A stretch of 20,000 bases of DNA from Chiloscyllium plagiosum (Eukaryota). Below the pieces are notes generated by a model. That model did no database searches. It was given only the letters and a program-made list of their open reading frames with translations, and was not told where the DNA came from. The stretch lies in the NCBI RefSeq assembly GCF_004010195.1, contig NC_057749.1, forward strand, positions 6,694,956 through 6,714,955, in the 5' to 3' direction. Numbering within the stretch: position 1 is the first letter of the stretch; each line of letters opens with the position of its first letter. A program made the translations under genes and the position numbers. Shown one piece after another: positions 19,723 through 20,000 of the stretch.

Positions 19723-20000
19723 CTCTCTCCAAAGATGCTGTCAGACTTGCTGAATTTCTCCAGCATTCTGTGCATCTGTATCCAATTTCATGCTTTATTC
19801 TCAGACCCTTGGCCGAAAGGAGTATCTTTTGCTTTTGTGCATGAGAAGAAGCCTCTCTACAACTCTCTCCAAAGATGCTGTCAGACTTGCTGAATTTCTC
19901 CAGCATTCTGTGCATCTGTATCCAATTTCATGCTTTATTCTCAGACCCTTGGCCGAAAGGAGTATCTTTTGCTTTTGTGCATGAGAAGAAGCCTCTCTAC
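19723..20000. repeat. Exact 140-bp tandem duplication (second copy runs off the window)
   Basis: 19723-19860 is identical to 19863-20000. Confidence 0.95.

Larger units (their letters stand above)
19349..19772. mobile_element. Old palindromic Penelope-like element, family B, interrupted by a family A copy
   Basis: Left arm ctcagcaggtctggcagc...agagttaacgttt. Right arm aaatgttaac...ctctccacagatg, resuming at 19723 with gatgctgtcagacttgctgaatttctccagcatt. Confidence 0.75.

Noticed and set aside
179..19984. ORF-track entries as real proteins (e.g. 5992-6393, 8945-9238, 12097-12513, 13771-14151, 14036-14410, 19553-19915)
   Set aside because: Short, no recognisable domains, and most overlap SINE, LTR or PLE repeats. 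Only 1863-2111 and 9131-9403 reflect protein sequence, as dead CR1 ORF2 remnants.

Overview
Eukaryotic, repeat-rich, almost entirely non-coding DNA. The repeat families point to a cartilaginous fish (probably a shark): HE1-type V-SINEs, CR1/HER1-type LINE 3' ends, a SacSINE1-like DeuSINE, L2-tailed tRNA SINEs, Penelope-like (PLE) termini and solo LTRs. These family names come from my recall of consensus sequences, not from a search. No intact protein-coding gene is recognisable, and the ORF track is mostly repeat-derived. A candidate minus-strand exon with a strong splice acceptor at 205-206 suggests the rest of the window may be a long intron or upstream region. The main finding is eight short PLE-type insertions in three sequence families. 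Six still show a minimal hammerhead ribozyme core (CUGANGA-stem II-GAAA-NUH), and two of those cores are intact. Most copies are inverted/palindromic and flanked by 10-18 bp target-site duplications (TSDs). Other notable items: two dense cis-regulatory modules (7860-8107 and 12387-12636), a 3x43 bp palindromic minisatellite, several nested transposon stacks, a fold-back LINE junction, and an exact 140-bp tandem duplication at the right edge.
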